NCBI GenBank assembly: GCA_964291285.2
Contig: OZ219787.1
Span: 1,888,001 to 1,952,000 of the forward strand
Reading direction: 5' to 3'
DNA: 64,000 nucleotides
DNA from: Alphaproteobacteria bacterium
Lineage (GTDB): Bacteria > Pseudomonadota > Alphaproteobacteria > Bin95
Shown here: positions 26,872 to 35,583 of the stretch, one piece after another
How the letters are laid out: each line of letters opens with the position of its first letter
How positions within the stretch are numbered: the stretch's first letter is position 1
Notes under the pieces: model-generated
What the model saw: only the letters and a program-made list of their open reading frames with translations
Told to the model about the DNA's origin: nothing
Databases searched by the model: none
Translations under genes and position numbers: made by a program

Positions 26872-28275
26872 CTAACGGCGGCGTCCCGCCGCCAGCGCTT
26901 GCGATGGCGGGCGGCGGGACGGCGCGGTTTCATTATCTGTTTCTTTCGGGTTAAGGGTGTCATGACCGTCACCCATGGGGGTGTCATGACTGTCACCCCT
27001 GGCCGCCGCTGGTGTCGCCCCGGAGGTGTCATGACCGTCACCCGCCGACGGGCGGGCGGCGGCGCTTTCGGCCGCCTCGCGCGCGGCCGCCTCGCGGTTC
27101 AGGTCCATGATGCGCAGCAGCGTCATCCGGTGCTGGCGCGGGTAGTCGAGGCCGGACGGGAAGGCGTGGTAGCGGTTGGCCCGGTTCCGGCGCGGGACCA
27201 CCTGCAAATAGCCGGCCTCCCTGCACTTCTCGGTCCAGCGCTGGATCCGCCGTGCGGGCACTCCGAAGATCGCCTGCAGCTCCCTCACCGTGACGACCCA
27301 GCCGTCGATGTTCGGGCCGTCCCGGTAGGCGATGAACGACAGGAACGCGCGCGCGGCGACATCCTTGATGTCGTGGAGCATCATGCACGACGCCATCCGG
27401 TCTCCCGCCATCTTCGGATCGAACTTCTCCGGCTCGGGAACCATGTAAAGCCTGGCCTCGGGATCGGCGGCGGCGCCCTCCGGCAGCGCCAGCTCCGGGG
27501 CGGGCGCCGCCTCGGCAACGCCGTATTCCAGCGCGACGCCCGGAAGTTCCTGCTCCAGGAAGCGCGCGATGCGCTCGCCATGGTCCTGGCGAACCCGGTC
27601 CCGGATGAACGCGCTCGGGGCCAGCAGCACGACGCCGGTGCCGCGGGCCTCCATGCCAAGACCGGCGAGCCAGGCATCGAACGCCGTCTCGCCGACCGCC
27701 TCCCGCAGGCGCTCGCGGACGGCGTCCCACGCCCGCTTCACCGGCTGGGCCGGTGCTTCGGCGGGCTCGTCAAATTTGGCGCCGGCGCCAAATTCGGCCT
27801 CCCCGGCCTCGCGCTCCACCCGCGCCGGTGGTTCGGCAGGCCCGCCGGTTCCTGCAGCACCGCCGGATCCGGTGTCTGCCGGATCGACGTCCGCGCCCTC
27901 GGGCGCCGCCTCCGGGGACGGGTCAAAATTGACGCCGGCGCCAAATTCGGCCTCGCCGGCCTCCGCCAGCTTGCGCGGCCGCGCAAGCCGTTTGAGAACG
28001 GCCTTCCCGCCCTCGAGCGAAAGCTCGGCGGCCGAAACCCCGGAGCGGTGCAGCTTCATGGACCGGTTGCAGACGCTGTACGACCAGCCGGCGGTTTTCA
28101 GCGTCTTCATCCAGACGCCGTGCGCACACTCGCCTCTGAGCTCGGTCAGCCAGGCGCCGAAATCGAGCAGCCTGCTGAAATATGCGACCGAGCCGCGCGC
28201 CGCGAACTCGTAGCTGTCCTGTCTTTCCCGCAGGATTTCGGCGAGCGCGCTCGGATCGCAATACAGGGCCGTCAT
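26872..28275 (-). CDS. Putative replication initiator: DUF3102-like + DnaA N-terminal-like + winged-HTH domains
   Basis: LLDFGAWLTELRGECAHGVWMKTL; AWDAVRERLREAVGETAFDAWL...LLAPSAFIRDRV; VRELQAIFGV..RRIQRW...AGYL...NRY; intragenic iterons; first gene upstream of parAB. Confidence 0.7.
   Translation of the reverse strand: MTALYCDPSALAEILRERQDSYEFAARGSVAYFSRLLDFGAWLTELRGECAHGVWMKTLKTAGWSYSVCNRSMKLHRSGVSAAELSLEGGKAVLKRLARPRKLAEAGEAEFGAGVNFDPSPEAAPEGADVDPADTGSGGAAGTGGPAEPPARVEREAGEAEFGAGAKFDEPAEAPAQPVKRAWDAVRERLREAVGETAFDAWLAGLGMEARGTGVVLLAPSAFIRDRVRQDHGERIARFLEQELPGVALEYGVAEAAPAPELALPEGAAADPEARLYMVPEPEKFDPKMAGDRMASCMMLHDIKDVAARAFLSFIAYRDGPNIDGWVVTVRELQAIFGVPARRIQRWTEKCREAGYLQVVPRRNRANRYHAFPSGLDYPRQHRMTLLRIMDLNREAAAREAAESAAARPSAGDGHDTSGATPAAARGDSHDTPMGDGHDTLNPKETDNETAPSRRPPSQALAAGRRR
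26956..27043. repeat. Three 19-bp iteron-like direct repeats next to an AT-rich patch (candidate oriV)
   Basis: ggtgtcatgac(c/t)gtcaccc at 26956, 26980 and 27025; AT-rich ttcattatctgtttctttc at about 26929-26947. Confidence 0.8.
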
Positions 28276-28769
28276 GGCCGCTCTCCGCTGCCGGGCCGCT
28301 CCCGGAACACGAATGCGTCAATCCGCCGCAGAATATTTGTCCGGTTCCGGACCGTCCGGGACCTGCGGCCGGGGCCCGCGGCAGGCTTGCCCGCCAGAGG
28401 CCGGGCCCCCGGCCGGCTGGCGAATCGCCGCCCCCCGGAGCGGGCGAACGCCGGCAGACATGCGCAGGACCCGGCCGGTCCCGCGGCATTTCCGGGCAAG
28501 CCGGCGGCGTCCGCAACGCCCGCCCGCCCAAGCGGAAAGTCCGCCCCTTTCCGGCGAATGCCGTCCGCCGGACCCGCGAAACCGCCGTCGGGCGCCCGGA
28601 GGCGGCCGGGGGCCGGGTGCTGTCTGCCCCTTCGCCCGGAATTCGGGGAAAGGCTGTCCGGTATCGATACGCGGGCGTTCAGCGCGCGGCCTGGAAAGTT
28701 CCCTGTTTCCATAGAGTTGCGGTGAAACCGGCAGCGGCGGAAAAATCCCCCGCTCTACCGACCCGGCGC

Positions 28770-28798
28770 TTGACATTGCAGCGGCGGCAGCCGATTAT
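28770..28798 (+). promoter_or_regulatory. Sigma70-type promoter
   Basis: TTGACA (28770) - 17 bp - GATTAT (28793). Confidence 0.65.
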
Positions 28799-28809
28799 CC
28801 GGACACACG

Positions 28810-28851
28810 ATGAACGGATATCGGACTGCTGTTTGCTGCTGCGCTGGGTAG
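28810..28851 (+). CDS. Putative leader peptide MNGYRTAVCCCAG
   Basis: ATG just after the predicted TSS, three consecutive TGC codons, followed by antiterminator/terminator-capable sequence. Confidence 0.55.
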   Translation: MNGYRTAVCCCAG

Positions 28852-28884
28852 GTGGCATCGAACCAGGGACCGAACCGCATCCCC

Positions 28885-28922
28885 GAAGGCCGCCGGACCA
28901 GAACCGGCGGCCTTCATTTTTT
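28885..28922 (+). terminator. Intrinsic terminator (attenuator 3:4 hairpin)
   Basis: gaaggccgccgg-accagaa-ccggcggccttc-atttttt; perfect 12-bp stem. Confidence 0.85.
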
Positions 28923-30494
28923 ATGCGCTTGCCCCTTGACCTCGACATGCCCGGCAAATACCGTCTCCCTCGAACGTGCTTCGTTGAACAATCTTCCGAA
29001 TGCGTCGGTCGGCGTGTCAGCACGTTCGTGCGCGAAACGACCGCCCGGGGCCACCGCTATCTCTACCTCGTGGAGAGCGTGCGCGAGGGCAAGCGGGTGC
29101 GCCAGCGCACGATCCGCGCGCTCGGCCGCAAGGACGTGTTGCAGGCGAGCGGGGAGCTGGACCGTCTGATCGCGTCCCTGGCGCGCCATTCGGAGCGGTC
29201 CGTGGTGCTGGAGGACATGGAGGCGGGCGCGCTGGCCTGCGTGCGGGTCGGCGGTCCGCTGCTGTTCGGTCGGCTGTGGGATCGGCTGGGCGTGGGCGCT
29301 GTCGTGAAGGAGCTTCTGGACGGTCGCGGCTTCGGGTTCGCCGTCGAGCGGGCGGTGTTTGTGAGCGTTCTGCACCGTCTGTTCGTGTCGGGTTCGGACC
29401 GGTCCTGCGAGAAGTGGATGGCCGACTACGCGATCGAGGGGATCGAGGGGTTGCGGCTTCATCAGCTGTATCGGGCGATGGCCTGGCTCGGGGAGGAGCT
29501 GGAGGCGCCGGCGGAAGGCGCGCTTGCGCCGCGCTGCGTGAAGGACGGGATCGAGGAGCGTCTGTTCGAGCACAGGCGGGACCTGTTCACCGACCTGTCT
29601 GTGGTGTTCATGGACACCACGACGCTGTCGTTCCACGGCGCGGGCGGCGAGACGCTGGGCGCGCACGGCTACTCGAAGGACCATCGCCCGGACTTGCGCC
29701 AGATGGTTCTGGCGGTGGTGCTGGACGGCGAGGGCCGGCCTGTGTGCACGGAGATGCTGCCGGGCAACACGGCCGACACCAGGGTGCTGCTGCCGATCGT
29801 GGACCGTCTTCGGTCACGCTTCGGGATCGGTCGTGTGTGCGTGGTGGCGGACCGGGGGATGATCTCGGCGGCGACGATAGCGGCGCTGGAAGAGCGGGGG
29901 CTGGACTACATCCTGGGCGCGCGCGAGCGGCGCACGAAGGTGGTCCGCGAGGTGGTGCTGAAGGACACGAAGCCCTTTGTGCCGCTGCTCCTCAAGCGTC
30001 CGCGCGGCGAGACGCAGCTGTTCGTGAAGGAAGTCACGGTGGGCGGCGCGCGCTACATCGTGTGCCGCAACGAGGCGGAGGCACAGAAGGACCGCGCCGA
30101 CCGGCAGGCCGTGGTGGACGGCCTCCAGCGCCGCCTTGCGGACGGCGAGAAAGCGCTGATCGGCAACAGCGCCTACCGGCGTTATCTGCGCCGCACGGGC
30201 GCGGGCAAGGCGTTCGAGATCGACGCCGGCAAGCTCGCCGAGGAGGCCGGCTTCGACGGCATCTTCGTGCTGCGCACCAACGCCGGCATGACGCCGCTCA
30301 ATGCCGTGCTCCGCTACCGGGAGCTGCTCACGGTGGAAGACCTGTTCCGCCGGGCGAAGGCCCAGTTGCGCACCCGCCCGATCTACCACTCCTGCGACGC
30401 CGCGATCCGCGGCCACGTCTTCTGCTCCTTCCTCGCGCTCGTCCTCCAGAAGGAACTGGCCGACCGCTGCGCCGCCGCCAACGTCAACGTCGAA

Positions 30495-31521
30495 CCTGCT
30501 TATTCTCAAGGATCATCCTGCAATGAGTAGTTGATATGGGATGGGTTGTGTTCTGACGGCGCTGTGAAGGAAGCGTGGGATCATGGAGTTGAGTTGGTAT
30601 CGTCGGTTGTATCGCCATGCGAAGCTGGCGAGGTAGCGTTCGGCATGGTCGGGACCGAGCTTTCGGTAGGTTCCGGCGATGGCGCTCTTGATGTTGCCGA
30701 GGGTCGTGTTGACCCATTTGAAGGGGGCCATGCGGGCTGCCCGGCGGCCTGAGCCGGTACGGATGGCGCTGTGGCTTGCGGCGATGCCGTCGAGGGCGTT
30801 CCAGCAGTGCAGGGCATCGGTGACGACCTCCGTCCCCGGGGCCAGCCAGCGTTTGGCGCCGCGCGCGATCTCGCGCTTGCGGAAGCCCCTGACCGGGACG
30901 AGCTTGACCTTGCGCGGAGCCCCTTCGGCGCTGGTCGAGACCGCCGCCACGAAGGGCGTCTTGCCCGGCGCGCCCCGGCCGCGCTTGCCGCCGGAGCGCG
31001 ACCCGCCGAGATAGGCGTCGTCCATCTCGACCCGTCCTTCGAGCCGCGTGTCGGCTTCGCGCCGGGCCATCACCGCCATGATCTTCTGCTTCATGCTCCA
31101 GGCGGTCGGCTGCCTGACCCCGAGGCGGCGACCGAGTTCCACCGACGAAATGCCGTTCTTCGCCGTCACCACAAGGTGGATCGCCGCAAACCACAACGTC
31201 AGGGGCAGCTTGGTCGAGTGGAAGATCGTCCCCGACGTCACCGAAACCTGCTTCTTGCAGCGGTTGCACTGGTAAAGCCTGCGCCCGGCAAGAATGCAGT
31301 GCCCCCGATGCCCGCAGGAGCCGCACTCGAAACCGTTCGGCCAGCGCAATCGGGCTAGCACCGCCCGGCACTGATCCTCCGTGCCGAACGACGCTCGGAA
31401 CGCATCGTCGCTCAAGCCACGAACACGCGATGCAACCTTGAATGCCATATCCATGACCTCCCGATAACAGAAACCCTTCCAAACCTACAATCTCACAAGA
31501 TGACTCTCAAGAATAAGCAGG
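30495..31521 (-). mobile_element. IS1595-family insertion sequence, 1027 bp
   Basis: 23-bp imperfect TIRs CCTGCTTATTCT-N6-TCATC at both ends; 8-bp TSD acgtcgaa at 30487-30494 and 31522-31529. Confidence 0.95.
30513..31454 (-). CDS. IS1595-family transposase
   Basis: Zn ribbon RWPNGFECGSCG...YQCNRC, GTIFHSTKLPL..WF, VEMDDAYLGG, VVTD, YL..FAWRYNRR. Confidence 0.93.
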   Translation of the reverse strand: MDMAFKVASRVRGLSDDAFRASFGTEDQCRAVLARLRWPNGFECGSCGHRGHCILAGRRLYQCNRCKKQVSVTSGTIFHSTKLPLTLWFAAIHLVVTAKNGISSVELGRRLGVRQPTAWSMKQKIMAVMARREADTRLEGRVEMDDAYLGGSRSGGKRGRGAPGKTPFVAAVSTSAEGAPRKVKLVPVRGFRKREIARGAKRWLAPGTEVVTDALHCWNALDGIAASHSAIRTGSGRRAARMAPFKWVNTTLGNIKSAIAGTYRKLGPDHAERYLASFAWRYNRRYQLNSMIPRFLHSAVRTQPIPYQLLIAG

Positions 31522-31790
31522 ACGTCGAATGGGACGACCTGATCCGCGATCTCGACCGCCTGCAAGAGGCCACCATCGAGAAGGACGGCAAGCGCATCAC
31601 CACCCGCACCCATGTCGAGGGCCAGGTCGGAAAGGTCTTCCAGGCCGTCGGCATCGCGCTGCCGCCGAACTGGCGCGAACACAAAGCCTGACCGTCCCCA
31701 AAATCAACGAAATGTAGTGGGTACACCCGGCGATGCCGGTGTAACTCCCTGTTCTATCGAATACTTTTAATCGTCACTGTTGAAGTTGGG

Positions 31791-32220
31791 TCTGAAAACC
31801 CGTGAGAAGCCGACGGGAGACGTGCGCCCTCTGCCTCGCGCGCGCAATCAGGCGCGCGAACCGCGCCGGCGCCGACCCGCGCCCGGGCAGGCGCGGGCGC
31901 CCGCGCAGGATATGCGCGGAAACAGGGACCCGCTCCCCGTCGGAGCAAGGAGGAACGATGAGGGCAACCGACCCCCGCCCCGGGCCGCCGCCGGAGGACG
32001 ACCGCGCCTTCGCCGAACGCCACCGCGCCGTCCGGGGCGGCGGACAAGGGCCATGCGGCTGCGCCAGCCCGCAGGCGGAAGGGGAGAGGCATGAATGGAG
32101 CGTTATGCCCGGACAGGCTGCAGGGCATGTCCTCTGCGCATGCAGATCATGACATCTCATGACACATTGCAGGGGGTTCCGCCGGGCCCGCATGACAAAA
32201 CATGACATCGCATGACATGT
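31791..32220 (+). repeat. Dispersed repeat element, copy A (truncated at the IS1634 end)
   Basis: Shares gcgcaatcaggcgcgc.aaccgcgccggcgc and (catgaca-N3)n blocks with 45125-45610 in the opposite orientation. Confidence 0.75.
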
Positions 32221-32268
32221 CCGACGAGTGTTCCCGTCCCGGCGGCAGGCGCCAGGACGGACTGCGGG

Positions 32269-33138
32269 CTAACCGGCGAAGCGCGGCTCGGGAAGTCCGG
32301 TAATGCCGAGGCCGTGAATGGCGAACAGGGCGCCGTCGATCTCCCTGTCGCCGCGCACATTGCCGGAATCGCGGATCGACGGCACGAAGACGATGTCGAG
32401 GTCCGGGCCGCCGAACATGACGCTTGCAGGGCGGGTGCAGGGCATGTCGATCAGCCGGTCGAGGCTGCCGTTGGGCGCGAAGCGCGCGATCCGGCCTGCA
32501 TGGACCAGCGCGCTCCAGAGATAGCCCTCGCTGTCCACCGTGCCGCCGTCCGGGCCGCTGTCATGCGGCGCGGTGTCCACGGCGACGCGCTCCGGCCCGA
32601 TAGCGCCGGTCGCGGTATCGTAGTCATAGGCGAAGATCGCGTCCCGGCGCGTGTCGGCGAAATAGAAGGTCTCGCCGTCCGGGCTGAAGCAGGGGCCGTT
32701 CGCCACGATGACGCCGCCCTTCAGCCGGTGCAGCGAGAGGTCGGTGTCGAGGCGGTAGATCGAGCCGCGCGCCTCCTCGCCGATCCGGGTCGCCATGGTG
32801 CCGGTCAGGAAGCGGCCCTGCCGGTCCACCTTGCCGTCATTGAAGCGGGTGGAGGGATCGTCCGCCTCCGGGTCGGCGACCAGCGTCGCTTCCCCCGTCT
32901 CGAAGTCGAATGTGTGGACGCCCGTCTGGAGCGCGATGACCGCCCCGCCGGACTCGCGGAGCGCCATCGACCCGATCATCGCCGGCACGTCCCAGTCCCG
33001 GCGTTCGCCGCTCGCCCAGTCGAGCCGGTGGATCGTGCATCCCCGGCTGTCCACCCAGTAGAGCGCCTGCTCGACCACGTCCCAGAGCGGCCCCTCGCCG
33101 AGCATGTCGATGGTGTCGCCGACCCGTTCGATCCTCAT
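32269..33138 (-). CDS. SMP-30/gluconolactonase/LRE family protein
   Basis: LGEGPLWD, RFNDGKVD..GRF, NGPCFSPDG, PDGGTVDSEG.LW. Confidence 0.93.
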   Translation of the reverse strand: MRIERVGDTIDMLGEGPLWDVVEQALYWVDSRGCTIHRLDWASGERRDWDVPAMIGSMALRESGGAVIALQTGVHTFDFETGEATLVADPEADDPSTRFNDGKVDRQGRFLTGTMATRIGEEARGSIYRLDTDLSLHRLKGGVIVANGPCFSPDGETFYFADTRRDAIFAYDYDTATGAIGPERVAVDTAPHDSGPDGGTVDSEGYLWSALVHAGRIARFAPNGSLDRLIDMPCTRPASVMFGGPDLDIVFVPSIRDSGNVRGDREIDGALFAIHGLGITGLPEPRFAG

Positions 33139-33147
33139 GACGCGGCC

Positions 33148-33897
33148 TTACAGACGGTATTCGGGTTCTTCGCGGTCGAGGATGCGCTTCAGCGCCGCGA
33201 AATGGCGCTCCGCCAGCTTCGGCCGCTCCTCGGCGAATTGCTGACGGACGGATTGGCGCACCTCGTCCGAAATCACCCGCAGCCTGCCGCCGGCCGCCCT
33301 TGCGATCATCTGGAACTGGGCGGCGCGCTCCAGGTAGAAGAGGTCGGTGAATGCGTCGCCCACGGTCTCGCCCGAAACGATCACGCCATGGCTTGCCAGG
33401 AAGGCGATCGACCGGTTGCCCATGGCGCGGGCCAGCCGGTCGCCTTCTTCGTTGGCGAGCGCAAGACCGTCATAGTCGTCGTCATAAGCGATGCGGTCGT
33501 CGAACATCAGCGCGTTCTGCTCGCACATCTCCAGCCGCCCGCCCTGCAGCAGCGTGATAGCCGTGGAGTAAGGCTGGTGGGTGTGCAGCACGACCTTGGC
33601 CGAGGGCACGTTCACATGGATGCGGCTGTGGATGTAGAAGGCCGTGTTCTCGACCTTTTCGCCGCCCTCCAGCACCTCGCCCTCCTCGTTGCAGAGGCAG
33701 AGCGCGGAGGCGGTCATTTCCGACCAGTGGACCCCGTAGGGGTTGATGAGGAAGCGGTCGCCCCGCATTTCGCCGTCCTCGCTCGGCACGGCCGCGGAGA
33801 AGTGGTTGTCGACGCCTTCATGCAGGTTCAGCCTGACGGCCCAGCGCAGCGCGCAGGCGAGGTCTTCCCGCATTTCGGCATGGGCAAGTTGCGTCAT
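33148..33897 (-). CDS. Class II aldolase/adducin family protein
   Basis: NHFS, FLINPYG, IHSRIH, VLHTH, LASHGV. Confidence 0.9.
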   Translation of the reverse strand: MTQLAHAEMREDLACALRWAVRLNLHEGVDNHFSAAVPSEDGEMRGDRFLINPYGVHWSEMTASALCLCNEEGEVLEGGEKVENTAFYIHSRIHVNVPSAKVVLHTHQPYSTAITLLQGGRLEMCEQNALMFDDRIAYDDDYDGLALANEEGDRLARAMGNRSIAFLASHGVIVSGETVGDAFTDLFYLERAAQFQMIARAAGGRLRVISDEVRQSVRQQFAEERPKLAERHFAALKRILDREEPEYRL

Positions 33898-35282
33898 AGC
33901 CTTATCACCTTGCCGGGGTTCATCCTGTTTTCCGGGTCGATCGCGCTCTTGAGGGCGCGCATCACGTCCACGGCCTCGCCTCGCTCGGCTTCGACGGAGT
34001 CGATCTTGCCCTGGCCGACGCCGTGCTCGCCGGTGCAGGTGCCGCCCATGGCCAGCGCCCGGGCGACCAGGCGCTTGTTGAAGGCCTGCGCGGTCGCCAT
34101 TTCTTCCGGGTCGTCCGGGTCGAGGACAATGCCGCAGTGGAAATTGCCGTCGCCGACATGGCCGACGATGGGCGCGATCAGGCCCGTTTCGTCCACGTCG
34201 CGCCGGGTCTCAATCAGGCACTCGGCAAGCCGGGAGATCGGCACGCAGACATCCGTGGACCAGGCGCGGCAGCCGGGCCTCAGCGCCATGCAGGCGTAAT
34301 AGACATCATGGCGAGCCTGCCAGAGCTTGTTGCGCTCCTCCTGGTTTCGCGTCCAGCGGAAGGCGCTGCCGCCGAGCTCTCCGGCGATGGCTTCGACCGT
34401 CTCCGCCTGCTCCGCGGTGCCGGCCGGGGAACCGTGAAACTCGAAGAACAAGGTCGGCCTGACCTCGAAATCCTCAAGGTCCGAATAGCGGATGCAGGCG
34501 TCCATCTGCGTGTCGTCGAGCAGTTCGATGCGCGCGACCGGAACGCCGGACTGCATGGTGAGGGTCACGGTATCGACCGCAGCTTCCAGGTCCGGAAACT
34601 GGCAGACCGCGGATGCAATGCTCTCCGGGATGCCGTAGAGCCTGAGCCGCACTTCGGTAATGGTGCAGAGCGTGCCTTCGGACCCGATGAACAGGCGCGT
34701 GAGGTCGTAGCCGGCGGAGGACTTGCGCGCCCGGCCGCCGGTTTCGACGATCTCGCCGTCGGGCATGACGACCGTCAGCCCGAGGATGTTTTCGCTCATC
34801 GTGCCGTAACGCACGGCATTGGTGCCGGAAGCCCCGGTCGCCGCCATCCCGCCGAGCGAGGCATCGGCGCCGGGGTCGATGGGGAAGAACAGGCCGGTAT
34901 CGCGCAGATACTCGTTCAACTGCTTGCGCGTGACGCCCGCCTGCACGCGGCAGTCGCTGTCCTCGCCATTGACCTCGAGCACTTCGTTCATGCGGCTGAG
35001 GTCTATGGAGAGGCCGCCCTGCACCGCGCTGACATGCCCTTCGAGGGATGTGCCGGTTCCGAAGGGGATGACCGGCAGGCCGAACTCGGCGCAGATGCGG
35101 TGCGCGGCGCTGACCTCTTCCGTCGTCAGCGCGAAGGCGACCGCATCGGGCGGCGCCATCGGGAAATAGTCTTCGCCCCGGCCATGTTGCTCGCGGACGG
35201 CATCGGACGTGGACAGCCGGTCGCCGAACACGTCGCGCAGCGCGGCGATCGCCGCATTGTGGCCGATGGGAGGGGCGCTCAT
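33894..35282 (-). CDS. FAD-linked oxidase, D-lactate dehydrogenase (cytochrome)-type
   Basis: PFGTGTSLEGH, FFPIDPGADASLGGM, GSEGTL, GHVGDGNFH, GTCTGEHGVG, NPGK. Confidence 0.92.
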   Translation of the reverse strand: MSAPPIGHNAAIAALRDVFGDRLSTSDAVREQHGRGEDYFPMAPPDAVAFALTTEEVSAAHRICAEFGLPVIPFGTGTSLEGHVSAVQGGLSIDLSRMNEVLEVNGEDSDCRVQAGVTRKQLNEYLRDTGLFFPIDPGADASLGGMAATGASGTNAVRYGTMSENILGLTVVMPDGEIVETGGRARKSSAGYDLTRLFIGSEGTLCTITEVRLRLYGIPESIASAVCQFPDLEAAVDTVTLTMQSGVPVARIELLDDTQMDACIRYSDLEDFEVRPTLFFEFHGSPAGTAEQAETVEAIAGELGGSAFRWTRNQEERNKLWQARHDVYYACMALRPGCRAWSTDVCVPISRLAECLIETRRDVDETGLIAPIVGHVGDGNFHCGIVLDPDDPEEMATAQAFNKRLVARALAMGGTCTGEHGVGQGKIDSVEAERGEAVDVMRALKSAIDPENRMNPGKVIRL

Positions 35283-35374
35283 GGGAAATGCTTTCTAGAC
35301 CAGGAGAGATGATGAAAGAAGGCGGCAAGCGCCATGCTTTGCGCGATTTTGCGGCATTTCGTTGCCGGGCGCCG

Positions 35375-35581
35375 TTATCCGTCCTCGTCGAACGGGAGGT
35401 CCTCTGCCGGGGCTTCTCCGAGGCCGCCGCCCGTCTGGATGACATAGCCTTCGGTCAGCCAGCGGCCGAGGTCGCGGTGGCGGCAACCGGGCGAGCAGAA
35501 CGGGCGCACCGCCTCCACGGCAGGCCGGCCGCAGATCGGGCAGGAACCGAAGGGGCGGAGTTTCACGGGGTCGTCGGCCAT
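35375..35581 (-). CDS. yacG: DNA gyrase inhibitor YacG
   Basis: CPICG...PFCS..C...DLGRWL.EGY; conserved position after RNase E/G. Confidence 0.88.
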   Translation of the reverse strand: MADDPVKLRPFGSCPICGRPAVEAVRPFCSPGCRHRDLGRWLTEGYVIQTGGGLGEAPAEDLPFDEDG

Positions 35582-35583
35582 GG

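Larger units (their letters stand above)
29022..31691 (+). pseudogene. IS1634-family DDE transposase split by IS1595 insertion (29022-30494 + 31530-31691)
   Basis: YLYLVESVREG..VRQR, FMDTT, GYSKDHRPDL.Q, PGNTAD, VVADRGM, VEDLFR..K..LRTRPIYH..D..IRGHVFCSFLAL. Removing the IS and one TSD restores NVNVE-WDDLIRDL. The expected start codon reads ACG. Confidence 0.9.
28935..31790 (+). mobile_element. IS1634-family element (interrupted; left end uncertain)
   Basis: Transposase homology; right end ...ctgttgaagttggg at 31790; only a weak left IR candidate at about 28935. Confidence 0.7.

Noticed and set aside
28182-29021. 280-aa N-terminal extension of the IS1634 transposase
   Set aside because: Runs through a promoter and an intrinsic terminator; transposase similarity starts at about 29022.
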